A stretch of 49,851 bases of DNA from an uncultured Desulfobacteraceae bacterium (GCA_964631805.1 CAZWAE010000004.1:9661-59511), one strand, 5' to 3'. Shown: positions 1-10,176, numbered from the stretch's first letter. Notes: generated from the sequence alone by a model not told the origin. Made by a program: numbers and translations.

Positions 1-1087
1 GGGGTTTGATCAGTTCCCCGTTCATCTGGCCGAGAAAATCGATCTTTCGATCGGGCAACAGGCGTTGAATCTCCCTGACATATTGCCCGAGGTTCATTTC
101 GACCACGACAATTCGCCGGAAACCAGCCGCCTTTTTTATGATCAGTCCTTCAGGGACGGGCCACAGGGTCTTCAAAATCAACAGGGAAGCACGGCACCCG
201 GCCTGCCGGGCGTTTTTGACCGCGACCCCCGCGGCACGTGCGGTGACGCCGAGAGTTATCACCAGGGTGTCGGCATCCGGAATCGCGTCTTCATCAAAAT
301 AAGTAAAGGATTCCACCGCTGCTCCGATTTTTTCCCGGAGGCGGGCCTGATTGCGGGCGATTACATCCGGGTCGGTGGTGATGTAACCGTCCGGCCCGTG
401 GGTGGAGGATGTCTGGCGAACCAGATGCTCTCCGCCGATGGGCAGGAACGGTGGAACCGGTCCGTACCCGTCTTCGAAAGGTCGAAACGGCGTATCCCCA
501 TCCGCCAGACGGCGTTCCATGATCTTGGGAATTTTCAAACCGTCTATATCTACGGTTTCCCGGGTCATGGAGATCTCCTTGTTGGCGGCGATAAACACCG
601 GGCATCGGTACTGTTCGGCCAGATTGAACGCCCGTATGGTCAGCAGGCAGCAGTCCTTTACATCCACCGGTGCGAGAACGATCACCGGCAGTCCGCCGCT
701 GTTGCCCCACTGCAAAAACTGGATGTCTCCGTCAGCCCCCTTGGTGGCAGAACCGGTGGAGGGCCCAAGCCGCTGCACATCGACGATGACCATGGGGATT
801 TCGCTGCCGATGGCAAAGGAGAGCTGTTCACTGTACAGGCTGATCCCGGGGCCCGACGTGGCGGTCATGGTTTTCATGCCGGCCATGGCGGCTCCCAGGC
901 AGTAGCCGATAGAGGCGATCTCATCCTCCCCCTGGAGGCAGACCCCACCGGCCGGCGGCAGGAGTCTGAGCATGGTGTTGTAGATGGTGGTGGCCGGAGT
1001 GATCGGGTAACCCGCAAAGAAGTTGCAGCCGGCGGCTTTTGCCCCCCACGCGATCGCTTCGTTGCCTTCCATTAATGTTAATGCCAT
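1..1087 (-). CDS. 2-oxoacid:ferredoxin oxidoreductase alpha subunit (KorA-like), 3' end runs off the window
   Basis: Missing from the ORF track. Manual minus-strand translation from ATG at 1087 gives MALTLMEGNEAIAWGAKAAGCNFFAGYPITPATT...QGEDEIASIG...TATSGPGISL...VDVQRLGPSTG, the hallmark OFOR alpha motifs. The 65..1075 + ORF is its antisense shadow. Confidence 0.93.
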   Translation of the reverse strand, partial: MALTLMEGNEAIAWGAKAAGCNFFAGYPITPATTIYNTMLRLLPPAGGVCLQGEDEIASIGYCLGAAMAGMKTMTATSGPGISLYSEQLSFAIGSEIPMVIVDVQRLGPSTGSATKGADGDIQFLQWGNSGGLPVIVLAPVDVKDCCLLTIRAFNLAEQYRCPVFIAANKEISMTRETVDIDGLKIPKIMERRLADGDTPFRPFEDGYGPVPPFLPIGGEHLVRQTSSTHGPDGYITTDPDVIARNQARLREKIGAAVESFTYFDEDAIPDADTLVITLGVTARAAGVAVKNARQAGCRASLLILKTLWPVPEGLIIKKAAGFRRIVVVEMNLGQYVREIQRLLPDRKIDFLGQMNGELIKP

Positions 1088-1323
1088 ATCTGTTCTCCAT
1101 TCTCAGTCGTCCATTGAAGGTTCGGGCAGAAAGAGATGCCGATTCCCATATCCATCGATATCCGTCGATGTTGCGGACCCGGAATTCCCTGCCGTGAACC
1201 CAATGGGGTTTCCGATTAATTCAAAGATACCATTTTGTCAATGCGGGATTGTAAAGCAGCGGCACAGGATAACAGGCAGGGATTACCACCCCACCGGGAG
1301 ATAGCATTCCTATGAAAGTTACC

Positions 1324-2619
1324 CTATTTGTCGAGCAGTACCGTTTCAAGCTTCGCCATCATGAAGTCGAGTTCGTCATCGGAGATGTTCAACGGCGGCG
1401 AAATGCGGATGGTGTGCCCGTGGCTGTCGTTGATGATCAGGCCAAGATCGAGGAGCCGGTGACAGAATTCCATGGCATTGCCTTTCTCCACTTCGACGCC
1501 GATAAAAAGACCCCTTCCGCGCACCTCCTTGATATGCCGGCTGCGTTCCGCCAGCTTGAGCAGCCGCTTTTTCAGTTTGGCGCCCTGTTTGGCTGCCGAT
1601 GCGGCCAGTGCTTCCTCCTCGATCACCTCTAGAGCGGCAACACCCGCCACGCAGGCCAGGGGATATCCCCCGAAGGTGGATCCGTCCGACCCGGCCCTGA
1701 ACACCAGATCCATCAGTTCCGAGTTGGTGACGAACACCGACAGCGGCACCAGGCCTCCTGAGAGGGCCTTACCTAAGATCAAGCCGTCGGGTACGATCTC
1801 TTCGTGCTCAAAACAGAAGTTTTTTCCGGTGCGCCCGAGCCCCACCTGGATCTCGTCAAACATCAGGAGCAGGTCATGGCGGTCGGCCACGTCGCGCAGT
1901 CCCTTTAGAAATCCGACGGGCGGGATCTGCATGCCGCCTTCGCCCTGCATCGGTTCCACGAGAATTCCGCAGGTATTTGGCGTGACCGCCCGTTCTACGG
2001 CTTCGATATCCCCGAAGGGGACCGAAACGTATCCGGGTGTCAGGGGGCCGAATCCCTGCCGGTATTTATCCACCGACGAGAAGGAGATCACGCTGATCAT
2101 GCGGCCATGAAAATTATGGTCAAAAACGATGATTTCCTGTTTTCCGTCTTCGATGCCCTTGGTTTTCCACCCATAGTACCGGGCGGTTTTGATGGCGGTT
2201 TCCACCGATTCCACCCCGCCGTTTTTGGGCAGCACCTTATTGCCGTTTTCTCCGAACCGTGGGGCCAGCTGGGGTACGAAGCCGGCCATTTTGGATAGAA
2301 ACAGGCCCAGCGGGTCGGTGTATACCACGTTGGAGATCACCGAGCCGTAATTGCCGAGCAGCGCCTTTACCACCGCATTGACGATTCTGGGGTGGTGATG
2401 TCCGGGGTTGGCCGCCGAGTACGCCGCCAGACAGTCCAGATACTTCTTGCCGTTTGCATCGGTAATCCAGCTGCCGCTGGCCTTGCGCACCACCACGTCG
2501 AGACGCTCGTAATGATGGGCGCCGCAAGCTTTTTCGAGAGAGAGAATGGCCGGATCGGATGCGTTGGAAAACCCGTAAACAGGTGCATCATATAGTTTAA
2601 TCGGTTGTTCAAGCATCAT
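1324..2619 (-). CDS. rocD: Class III PLP-dependent aminotransferase, ornithine aminotransferase-like
   Basis: YLDCLAAYSAANPGHHHP, NGGVESVETAIK, NFHGR, VEPMQGEGG, FDEIQVGLGRTG, LGKALSGG (PLP lysine) and GSTFGGYPLAC motifs. Confidence 0.85.
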   Translation of the reverse strand: MMLEQPIKLYDAPVYGFSNASDPAILSLEKACGAHHYERLDVVVRKASGSWITDANGKKYLDCLAAYSAANPGHHHPRIVNAVVKALLGNYGSVISNVVYTDPLGLFLSKMAGFVPQLAPRFGENGNKVLPKNGGVESVETAIKTARYYGWKTKGIEDGKQEIIVFDHNFHGRMISVISFSSVDKYRQGFGPLTPGYVSVPFGDIEAVERAVTPNTCGILVEPMQGEGGMQIPPVGFLKGLRDVADRHDLLLMFDEIQVGLGRTGKNFCFEHEEIVPDGLILGKALSGGLVPLSVFVTNSELMDLVFRAGSDGSTFGGYPLACVAGVAALEVIEEEALAASAAKQGAKLKKRLLKLAERSRHIKEVRGRGLFIGVEVEKGNAMEFCHRLLDLGLIINDSHGHTIRISPPLNISDDELDFMMAKLETVLLDK

Positions 2620-2637
2620 ATCCCCCTTTTGGGTTAC

Positions 2638-2659
2638 TGTTGCTATCTTTGTAGCAACA
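2638..2659. promoter_or_regulatory. Palindromic operator TGTTGCTA-N6-TAGCAACA upstream of the aminotransferase
   Basis: Perfect 8-bp inverted repeat 18 bp upstream of the rocD-like start. A second near-identical copy lies at 2863-2884. Confidence 0.65.
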
Positions 2660-2862
2660 TTTTTAGCACGAATCGGTTCCCCCTGTCAACTCCTCCCTTT
2701 CCATCGGGATAATTCCATCCCGAAACAAATTCAAAAAGCCTGAGGTTGACCCTTTGGAGGATTCGTGGCATGATGCCTTGAATCCATGATTCTACCGGTG
2801 CAACCGGCGGATCAGGGGGGATGCCGCTGTTTCGTCTCCCTGAAATCTATATCGGCAAAACT

Positions 2863-2884
2863 TGTAACTACTTGAGTAGCAACT
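2863..2884. promoter_or_regulatory. Second operator copy TGTAACTA-N6-TAGCAACT upstream of the TrmB-family gene
   Basis: Same arm and spacer architecture as 2638-2659, 13 bp before the regulator start. Confidence 0.6.
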
Positions 2885-2897
2885 TGAAGGTTCTGAT

Positions 2898-3686
2898 GTG
2901 AATATCACGACGCTGTTAAAAGATTTCGCCTTCTCCCAGTACGAAACAGCCTGCTACCTGACCCTTTTGAACAATCACCCCAACAACGGGTCGCAACTGA
3001 GCAAGCTGTCCGGTATCGCCCGTTCCCGGATCTATGACGTGTTAAGGGGGTTGATCCGCAAAGGAGTGGTGTTTGAGATCGAAAAGGGGAAGTACGTACC
3101 GCTGCCATTCGAGGAGCTGAAAAAAAGGCTGCGGAGCCAATTTGAATCCAACCTGACCATTTTAGAGGAGAAACTGTATGCCCTGACCGCCGAAACGGAG
3201 TACGAGTATTTGTTGACACTAAGAGGCTATGAGGCGGTGATGGCCAAAGCGGTGGATATTATCCAGACCGCCACTTGTGAACTGTATCTGCGTCTCTTTG
3301 CCAATACCTATGAACGGCTGGAAAAAGAGATTGAAAGGGCAGCAGCCCGCGGGGTTGGCATCCGATTGGTATCCATGGGAAGCATCCCCATGATCCATGA
3401 CTACCAGGTGATCCATCCCTTTGTGAAATCCCTGACTCAAAAAATCGGCGGTGAGTCCATCGACATCGTCGCCGACAAATCGGAGGCACTGTCGGGGATT
3501 TTTGAAACCGGCAGGGTCGATACCTCCCCCATCATCTGGACCCGCAACCGCTCTTTCGTGACCGCCAACCGCGACAGCGTGCGGCACGATTTCTATCACT
3601 ACTTCCTCGATAGAATCTACGAACATCGCAAGGTGTTGTCACCCCGTGAAAAGACCATATACGAATTTATCAAAAGGGATGATTAG
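2898..3686 (+). CDS. TrmB family transcriptional regulator
   Basis: N-terminal wHTH FSQYETACYLTLL...GSQLSKLSGIARSRIYDVLRGL..KG followed by an effector-binding domain; divergent from rocD. Confidence 0.88.
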   Translation: MNITTLLKDFAFSQYETACYLTLLNNHPNNGSQLSKLSGIARSRIYDVLRGLIRKGVVFEIEKGKYVPLPFEELKKRLRSQFESNLTILEEKLYALTAETEYEYLLTLRGYEAVMAKAVDIIQTATCELYLRLFANTYERLEKEIERAAARGVGIRLVSMGSIPMIHDYQVIHPFVKSLTQKIGGESIDIVADKSEALSGIFETGRVDTSPIIWTRNRSFVTANRDSVRHDFYHYFLDRIYEHRKVLSPREKTIYEFIKRDD

Positions 3687-3884
3687 AGAAGGATCAACAT
3701 CCGCCAATCCATTTATCTCCATTGGTTGATATTACCATCTATTACACAATATCTTGTATTTGATAGCCGCCTCAAATATAATAAAATCAGGCAGAGTTTT
3801 TAATGAAAATGAAGAACAAGAGGTGGCGTCATTAACACACTTAATAAATCCGATGAAAATCCCATTAGGATTAAGACATACGCT

Positions 3885-5981
3885 TTGATTATAGCGATTG
3901 TTTGGTCAATTTGCGTTGCCGCGTCCCTGGTTTGGAATATTCACAATTTAGAACAGGGAAACCTTGAGGCCGCCCGGATACAGGCGAGGGCTTCTTTTCT
4001 ACAAGATGTTATATACCGTCGTTGGAATGCGGAACACGGGGGGGTCTACGTACCGGTAACCGGAAAGACACTTCCGAACCAATATTTAAACGTGGAGGAT
4101 CGTGACATCACAACTCGTTCCGGCCTTGAGCTAACTATGATAAATCCGGCCTATATGACTCGACAAGTGCATGAATTTGCGGCCAAATCATATGGTATAT
4201 ACAGCCATATCACAAGTCTTAATCCTATTAGACCTGAAAATGCACCCGACGATTGGGAGAGAAAAGCATTAGAAGCCTTTCAGAAAGGCACTCAAGAGGT
4301 CAGTTCGGTAGAAACGATTGAAGGTGAAAATTATTTTCGCCTCATGCGTTCTTTAATAACAGAAAAAGGCTGTCTCAAATGCCATGCAATACAAGGATAC
4401 AAGATTGGAGATGTTCGAGGAGGGATAAGTGTCGCGGTGCCCATGTCACCCTTTGAGATTATTGAGGACTCGCACAGACTTACTGTGTCAATTGGACATG
4501 CTTTCCTTTGGTTATTAGGGCTGTTGGGCCTTGGTTTTGGCGCCTATAGTATAGGCAGACGGCTAAGTGAGCGTGATCAGGCTCAAGAGGCGTTGCAAGA
4601 AAGTGAGGAAAAATATCGATCCATACTCGAAGATGTGGTTGATAATTCAGATGTGGGTCTTTTTATCCTCGACTCTGAATTTAGGGTTGTCTATATAAAC
4701 CAGGCGCTGGAGCTTTACTTTGATATGAAAAGGGAAGAGGTTGTAGGAAAAGATAAAAGGCGGCTTATTCAGGAGAAAATAAAACATAAATTTGATAATC
4801 CGGAAGCCTTTAGTGAAAAGGTGTTGGCAGCATATAGCCAAAACACTTATTCTGAGAGGTTTGAGTGCTACATCAAACCCGGCGGCGTGCGAAAGGGACG
4901 TTGGGTTGAACACCGAAGTCAGCCTATTAGAAGTGGACTTTACGATGGAGGTCGAATAGAACTTTACTATGACCTAAGCAAACAGAAAAAATTTGAAGAG
5001 AAACTCACTCAAGCTAAGGACGAGTGGGAGGGGACTTTCAATGCTGTTCCAGATTTAATTGCAATTTTGGATGATAAACACCAAATAGTCAAAGTTAATA
5101 AACCAATGGCGGAGAAATTAGGCGTCTCTATTGAAGAAGCGGTTGGATTAACTTGTTATAACTATGTTCATGGGACTGAGGAACCCCCAGATTATTGCCC
5201 TCATAGTCTTTTTCTCAGGGACGGAAAAGAGCATATAGCCGAAGTTTTTGAAAAACGATTGGGCGGCGACTTTTTGGTTACGGTTAGCCCACTTCCTGAC
5301 CCTAACGGTGAACCGATAAAAAGCGTTCATGTAGCACGCGATATTACCAATCGGAAGAAAGCAGAAGAGGCACTTCGAGCAAGTGAAAAAAAGTTTCGGG
5401 CCATTTTCGAACAGGCTGCGGTAGGTGTCACTCTGGCTTCGTCTAATACCGGACAGTTTTTTAAGGTTAATCAAAAATTTTGTGATATTGTTGGCTACTT
5501 CAAAGATGAACTTTTTTCAAGCAGCTTCCAGAAAATTACTCATCCTGATGATCTTCAAACTGATCTTGATTATATGCAACAGCTGATGGAAGGCACAATA
5601 AATACATTTTCGATGGAAAAGCGATATATTCGAAAAGATGGTACAATTATATGGGTAAACCTGACTGTTTCACCTATGTGGGCAATCGGTGAGCAGCCAA
5701 ATTTTCATATTGCGATCGTGGAAGATATCACGGACCGCAAGTATGCAGAAGAGGCATTATTGTTAGAAAAGAATAAACTTCAAAACGCCCTGCAGAAAAT
5801 AAAACAGTTAAGCGGCATGTTGCCTATCTGTTCTTCATGCAAGAAAATACGTGATGATAAAGGCTATTGGAAACAGATTGAAGCATATATCGAAGATCAT
5901 TCAGAAGCGGAATTTAGTCACAGCATTTGTCCGGACTGTGCAAAAATACTGTATCCTGATTTGGATATTTACGACGATTGA
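3885..5981 (+). CDS. Membrane sensor: heme-c DUF3365 (Tll0287-like) periplasmic domain, three PAS domains and a C-terminal Cys-rich domain; no kinase domain
   Basis: Two TM segments; WNAEHGGVYV, INPAYMTRQ, SLNPIRPENAPDDWE, CLKCH heme motif; PAS/PAC repeats (ITHPDD, DITDRK); C-terminal LPICSSCKKIRDDKGYW...SHSICPDC. The start may lie further upstream (frame open from 3813). Confidence 0.85.
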   Translation: MIIAIVWSICVAASLVWNIHNLEQGNLEAARIQARASFLQDVIYRRWNAEHGGVYVPVTGKTLPNQYLNVEDRDITTRSGLELTMINPAYMTRQVHEFAAKSYGIYSHITSLNPIRPENAPDDWERKALEAFQKGTQEVSSVETIEGENYFRLMRSLITEKGCLKCHAIQGYKIGDVRGGISVAVPMSPFEIIEDSHRLTVSIGHAFLWLLGLLGLGFGAYSIGRRLSERDQAQEALQESEEKYRSILEDVVDNSDVGLFILDSEFRVVYINQALELYFDMKREEVVGKDKRRLIQEKIKHKFDNPEAFSEKVLAAYSQNTYSERFECYIKPGGVRKGRWVEHRSQPIRSGLYDGGRIELYYDLSKQKKFEEKLTQAKDEWEGTFNAVPDLIAILDDKHQIVKVNKPMAEKLGVSIEEAVGLTCYNYVHGTEEPPDYCPHSLFLRDGKEHIAEVFEKRLGGDFLVTVSPLPDPNGEPIKSVHVARDITNRKKAEEALRASEKKFRAIFEQAAVGVTLASSNTGQFFKVNQKFCDIVGYFKDELFSSSFQKITHPDDLQTDLDYMQQLMEGTINTFSMEKRYIRKDGTIIWVNLTVSPMWAIGEQPNFHIAIVEDITDRKYAEEALLLEKNKLQNALQKIKQLSGMLPICSSCKKIRDDKGYWKQIEAYIEDHSEAEFSHSICPDCAKILYPDLDIYDD

Positions 5982-6222
5982 GTGAAAACAAGACTATCCT
6001 GTACATAAGTTCCATCCACCATCTTAAAGTCAATAATACCGGAACACAGCATTAGGCCCTCAATGCACCACAGTATATAACAACCGCTGAATGGGGACGA
6101 TTCGGTGATATGTGAGATTGCCAGGGACTAAAATGGAATGAAACGTATAACTGAATGTGTTTATTCTGGGTAATCGTGGGTCAAACGCACTTTTCACCCC
6201 AAACCCTTTTACTTCTTCCGGT

Positions 6223-9200
6223 TTACTTCAAACTGAAGTTAGCCCGGCTGTTCTGGTGTTTTTTACTCTTCCGGTTGAAATCGGTATCCGGTTCAACGAC
6301 AAACACCTTTGCCGGATCGGACTTTTCGTTCTTGAGTAGATAGTCCTTGACCCTGGAAGCCCTCTTGTGAGCCAGCAATCTTAAATCGTCCTCTGTGACC
6401 TGAATATTCGTGAGGAGCCGCTTTTTGATTTCCTCCGGTGGAAGTGCTTTTATTTTGCCGGGCGGCTCCTTGGGCTTCGGGAGTTCGGCCGCCCGATAGG
6501 CCAGATCGGCGAGCTGGTCCTGTTCCGTTTCTTCGATTTCCACTTCATTGAGGGGGACCGCCTTTTGTCCCGCCTGTGTCATCAGCTTTAATTTTTCTGT
6601 TTTCAACAGGTCTTCATACCGCTTTTTTCTTATGGCATCCCCATCTGTGGCGGGGTTGACTTCACCTTTGATCTCCAGCTGGAGGGCCGGACGTTCATAG
6701 AGCGCATCGACCAGGGTATCGAGGGTTTTCTTCCCCGATTCCGGTACTTCAATGCCTCCGGGGTTGAAATCCACGTGGCTCAACTGTTCGTTGCCCCCAA
6801 ATGCGGCGCCGAGAGCGGCAAAGGGCGAAGTGATGATTTTTGTAAACAGGTTGACGATCATTCGGACAATGATTTTTCCGATTTTGAATTTCGGATCCTT
6901 TACATCACCGGCCACCGGAAGATCGATCTCGATCCGGCCGCTGCGATCCTTGAGAAGTGAGATGGCGAACGATACCGGCAGTGAGGTGGCATCCGGACTT
7001 TCCACTTTTTCTCCCAAAGTCAGCTGGTCCAGAACTAGGAGATTTTTCCCTTTGAGTTTGTTTTTCTGCATCTCGTATTCAAGATTCAGGTGGAGCTTTC
7101 CTTTTTGGACCAGGTAGCCGATGTACTTTCCGGAATAAGCTGAAAATGGACTGAGCTCGATATCCTTAAAGAGCAGCTTCAGATCCACAACCCGGTCGTC
7201 TCCAAAGGGGTTCATCCGGCCCCTTATCTCCATGGGCGCCGTGTTTTGGCTGACACCCTGGAGGGAAAGATCGGCCATAGCGCCCTTTTCCGAGGAGAGC
7301 CCGGATATGCGTCCCCCCAATTGTTGGATATTCGTTTCGAAGCTGGGTTTGTTCAGCAGGTCCGTGAATTTGAGGGTGCTGTCCTCGATGATAATTTGGT
7401 GAATAGCCACCTTTGCCGCGGGTTGTTTGACGCTTCCGGTTCCAGCCTCTGCCGGCTTGGGCGAGTCCGCAGAGGCTTCGGACCTGCGGCCCGCGATGAC
7501 ATGATTAATATTTATGGTACCGTCAGGTAGAATGATGATCCGGGTATGATATTTATTGAGCGCCATCTTCTCCACCAGATACCGGTTCGGATTCAGCCCC
7601 GCGGTCATACCGGAAACGGTGAGGGAGTCCCACTTAACAAAATCGTGGGATTGCACCTTGTCCACCGATGCGAAACGGACAATGGATGCGTCTCCAGCAT
7701 AGGTGAAACTCGGTGGCGCTGTCCCATCTGATTTGAAATCGACTTTGCCCTCACAGTTGACTTCGCCTCCGGTCACCACGGCGTTTAAGTGTTGTGAGAT
7801 ATAGGGTTGAAAGGAACGGATATCGAGATTGTCGATTTTGACGGACAGATCCGCTGCAACCGGGTTGATGGAAACGTCTCCTTTTGCCGCGATTTTTCCT
7901 TTCCGGTTCCATCGCGTGGCGACCGAGATCTTGCTTTTCCGGTCAGCGGCGGTTGTAAAGGGGTTTGCCTGCAAGGAAATTCGATCCAGGTCCAGAAGAA
8001 CCGGTTCCGGCATCTGATGATCCTCGTAACGGACGGTATAATCGCGGATCCGGATCTGATCTGCAATGAGCTGCCAGGGCGTGGCGGGTGTTGATTTCTC
8101 CGCGGTGGATTTAGCGACTTCTTTATGGGGACCTGTTGGAAACAGGTGTTGAAGGTTCACGCGACCGTTCTTCGATCGATGAAATAGGGCGTATCCTTTT
8201 TCCGATGCGAGATGCCCCAGCTTGATGCTTTTGTTGGAGGTGTCCACCTCGATGCCTTTTATTGCCAGGATCGGAACGGACATCACCTTTTTTTTCGTAC
8301 TCTTATCCGTCAGTTTCAGGGAATCGATTCGGATGGACCCATCTGTCAGGTGTACCAACGGCTCCTCTTTTCCGGCCTCATATCGAAATGAGGATGCCAC
8401 ATCCAGTGTACCCTTCTTTGTTACCTCGAAATTCACTTTGCCGTTGTAATAGGGTGCATATTTGCTTGGAGCCATGCCGGATAGCTCTATGCGGCCTTCG
8501 GTTCGCAATGGTTTGGCGGAAAAACTGCCGGACAGGGATAATTTTTCGCCGGACTCTGTTTGAAGCGATAGCGTGTAATCCGTCGGAGTGTCTCCTTGAA
8601 GGGTGAACCGGTCCACCGATAACCGGACAGGGTCCAGGGTGGTCTGGAACAAACCGTCAGCCGCCCGGTCTGAAAACATCAATCGTGCGGGATCCACGCG
8701 TATCGAATCCACGACAATGTCAAGCGGCGTCCCAGTCCCGCCTTCCTTGCTTTCCGGTTTCGACGATTCCCCCTGCTTGGGTATCAGATCCTTGAGATTC
8801 AGCCTGCCGCCATCGTCCCGATTGAGGGTCATTGCCAGTGATCGGCAGGTCACCGATCTCAAATGCACCTTGCCCGAGAGCAGGTCGGCCGGTGAAGCGA
8901 CCACGGTAAATTCCGCCAGGTCAATGAGGGGAGCGCCGGTGGAATCCGTTATCTTGACCTCGCTGAGCGTGACGGGTCCCGAAACCGTGACACGCGGTTT
9001 TCCGGTGCCGTCTTCATCATAGGTAGCGGTGGTGTCCACGTGAACCACGGCGCTTTTGATCCCGGCTTTGAGTTGAACGGGAAGATACACCAGTTCCGGT
9101 ACCAGGTCGAACCTGCGAATATCGATGTTAAGCCTTGCCTGGCGGTTTTCTGCAAACGGCCTGACACTTCCCGATAAGGACACAGATGCGCCGTTCAGCC

Positions 9201-9834
9201 GGGCGGTCAAGTTGGGCCTCGATTCGACAACCTCGTCCACCGGCAAGCTTGACAGGGCAGGCAGCGTCAGATGGAGATCCGCCAGTTCATGCCGACGGTC
9301 TGCGACTCGGTCCTCAAACAGGAAATGACCGCCGACCACCACGATATTCCGGACCTGAAATCCCGGGACAGCGGTTTTTTCCGCTTTATCTTCTCCCGGT
9401 CTGTCCGTCAGATCCGAAAAGTTAAATGTCTCTTTTTCAGTCCGGACAACACGTAAATAGGGTTTTACCATACGGACCCTATGGATGACCACCGCCTTTT
9501 TGAACAGGGAAGAGAGTTGCAGGTTGATGAAAAACTCATCCAGGGACAAAAACCGTTTGTCGTCCCGGTCCTTGACATCAAGTCCCTTTATCGTCACCGA
9601 CAGCACATAGGGATTGGTCTTGATTTTTTCAATACTCACCGGACGTTTCAACAGATCGGACAGTTGTTCCGTCAAGACGGATTTGGCCACCATCGGAAGG
9701 ACCAGAAATCCGATCACGGTGTATAAAGCGATGACGCCGAAGATTCCGAGAAGCGGTATTTTCAAACGGCGGGGAATATCGATCTGCTTGAGTTGCTTCA
9801 TTTGCTTTTCCTGTTGTCTTCGGTTTTTACCCAT
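6223..9834 (-). CDS. DUF748 domain-containing large membrane-anchored protein
   Basis: 1203 aa, N-terminal TM anchor (LYTVIGFLVLP), repeated beta-rich units, C-terminal LSPFSAYSGKYIGY..KGKL, LPVSFAISLLKDRSGRIEIDLPV and OmpA-like tail typical of this family. Confidence 0.85.
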   Translation of the reverse strand: MGKNRRQQEKQMKQLKQIDIPRRLKIPLLGIFGVIALYTVIGFLVLPMVAKSVLTEQLSDLLKRPVSIEKIKTNPYVLSVTIKGLDVKDRDDKRFLSLDEFFINLQLSSLFKKAVVIHRVRMVKPYLRVVRTEKETFNFSDLTDRPGEDKAEKTAVPGFQVRNIVVVGGHFLFEDRVADRRHELADLHLTLPALSSLPVDEVVESRPNLTARLNGASVSLSGSVRPFAENRQARLNIDIRRFDLVPELVYLPVQLKAGIKSAVVHVDTTATYDEDGTGKPRVTVSGPVTLSEVKITDSTGAPLIDLAEFTVVASPADLLSGKVHLRSVTCRSLAMTLNRDDGGRLNLKDLIPKQGESSKPESKEGGTGTPLDIVVDSIRVDPARLMFSDRAADGLFQTTLDPVRLSVDRFTLQGDTPTDYTLSLQTESGEKLSLSGSFSAKPLRTEGRIELSGMAPSKYAPYYNGKVNFEVTKKGTLDVASSFRYEAGKEEPLVHLTDGSIRIDSLKLTDKSTKKKVMSVPILAIKGIEVDTSNKSIKLGHLASEKGYALFHRSKNGRVNLQHLFPTGPHKEVAKSTAEKSTPATPWQLIADQIRIRDYTVRYEDHQMPEPVLLDLDRISLQANPFTTAADRKSKISVATRWNRKGKIAAKGDVSINPVAADLSVKIDNLDIRSFQPYISQHLNAVVTGGEVNCEGKVDFKSDGTAPPSFTYAGDASIVRFASVDKVQSHDFVKWDSLTVSGMTAGLNPNRYLVEKMALNKYHTRIIILPDGTININHVIAGRRSEASADSPKPAEAGTGSVKQPAAKVAIHQIIIEDSTLKFTDLLNKPSFETNIQQLGGRISGLSSEKGAMADLSLQGVSQNTAPMEIRGRMNPFGDDRVVDLKLLFKDIELSPFSAYSGKYIGYLVQKGKLHLNLEYEMQKNKLKGKNLLVLDQLTLGEKVESPDATSLPVSFAISLLKDRSGRIEIDLPVAGDVKDPKFKIGKIIVRMIVNLFTKIITSPFAALGAAFGGNEQLSHVDFNPGGIEVPESGKKTLDTLVDALYERPALQLEIKGEVNPATDGDAIRKKRYEDLLKTEKLKLMTQAGQKAVPLNEVEIEETEQDQLADLAYRAAELPKPKEPPGKIKALPPEEIKKRLLTNIQVTEDDLRLLAHKRASRVKDYLLKNEKSDPAKVFVVEPDTDFNRKSKKHQNSRANFSLK

Positions 9835-10090
9835 GGTCTAATAACTAAATTGACACTGCTGTCGGCCAGCCGGCGATAAAGTAAACTTCCTTCCTGCCGG
9901 GTCCATCTTAATCATCAATAGATGATATGGATCCGTTCGTCAAACCGTTATTGGACCGGTCTGCAACCGATTCAGCAGCTTTGGCCTAGCGGAACCTCAC
10001 GATCTGAATCGTATTCAATTATGATATTATCACCAGATGCTCAATAAACAGTTGACAGGGTGCGTCACCGGGTCTAATTAGTCCGATTTT

Positions 10091-10106
10091 CCGGAACCGG
10101 TTCCGG
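10091..10106. promoter_or_regulatory. Perfect 16-bp palindrome CCGGAACCGGTTCCGG, possible operator
   Basis: Lies in the divergent intergenic region, downstream of TTGACA (10052-10057). Confidence 0.4.
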
Positions 10107-10176
10107 GAAGTCGTCCAATATAGCGTGATTATTAACCATTATCCAAAACGGATAGGATTCCGGAAGAGAGCAAAAG

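Noticed and set aside
65-1075. 336-aa plus-strand ORF
   Set aside because: Antisense shadow of the minus-strand OFOR alpha gene, which carries all the recognisable motifs.
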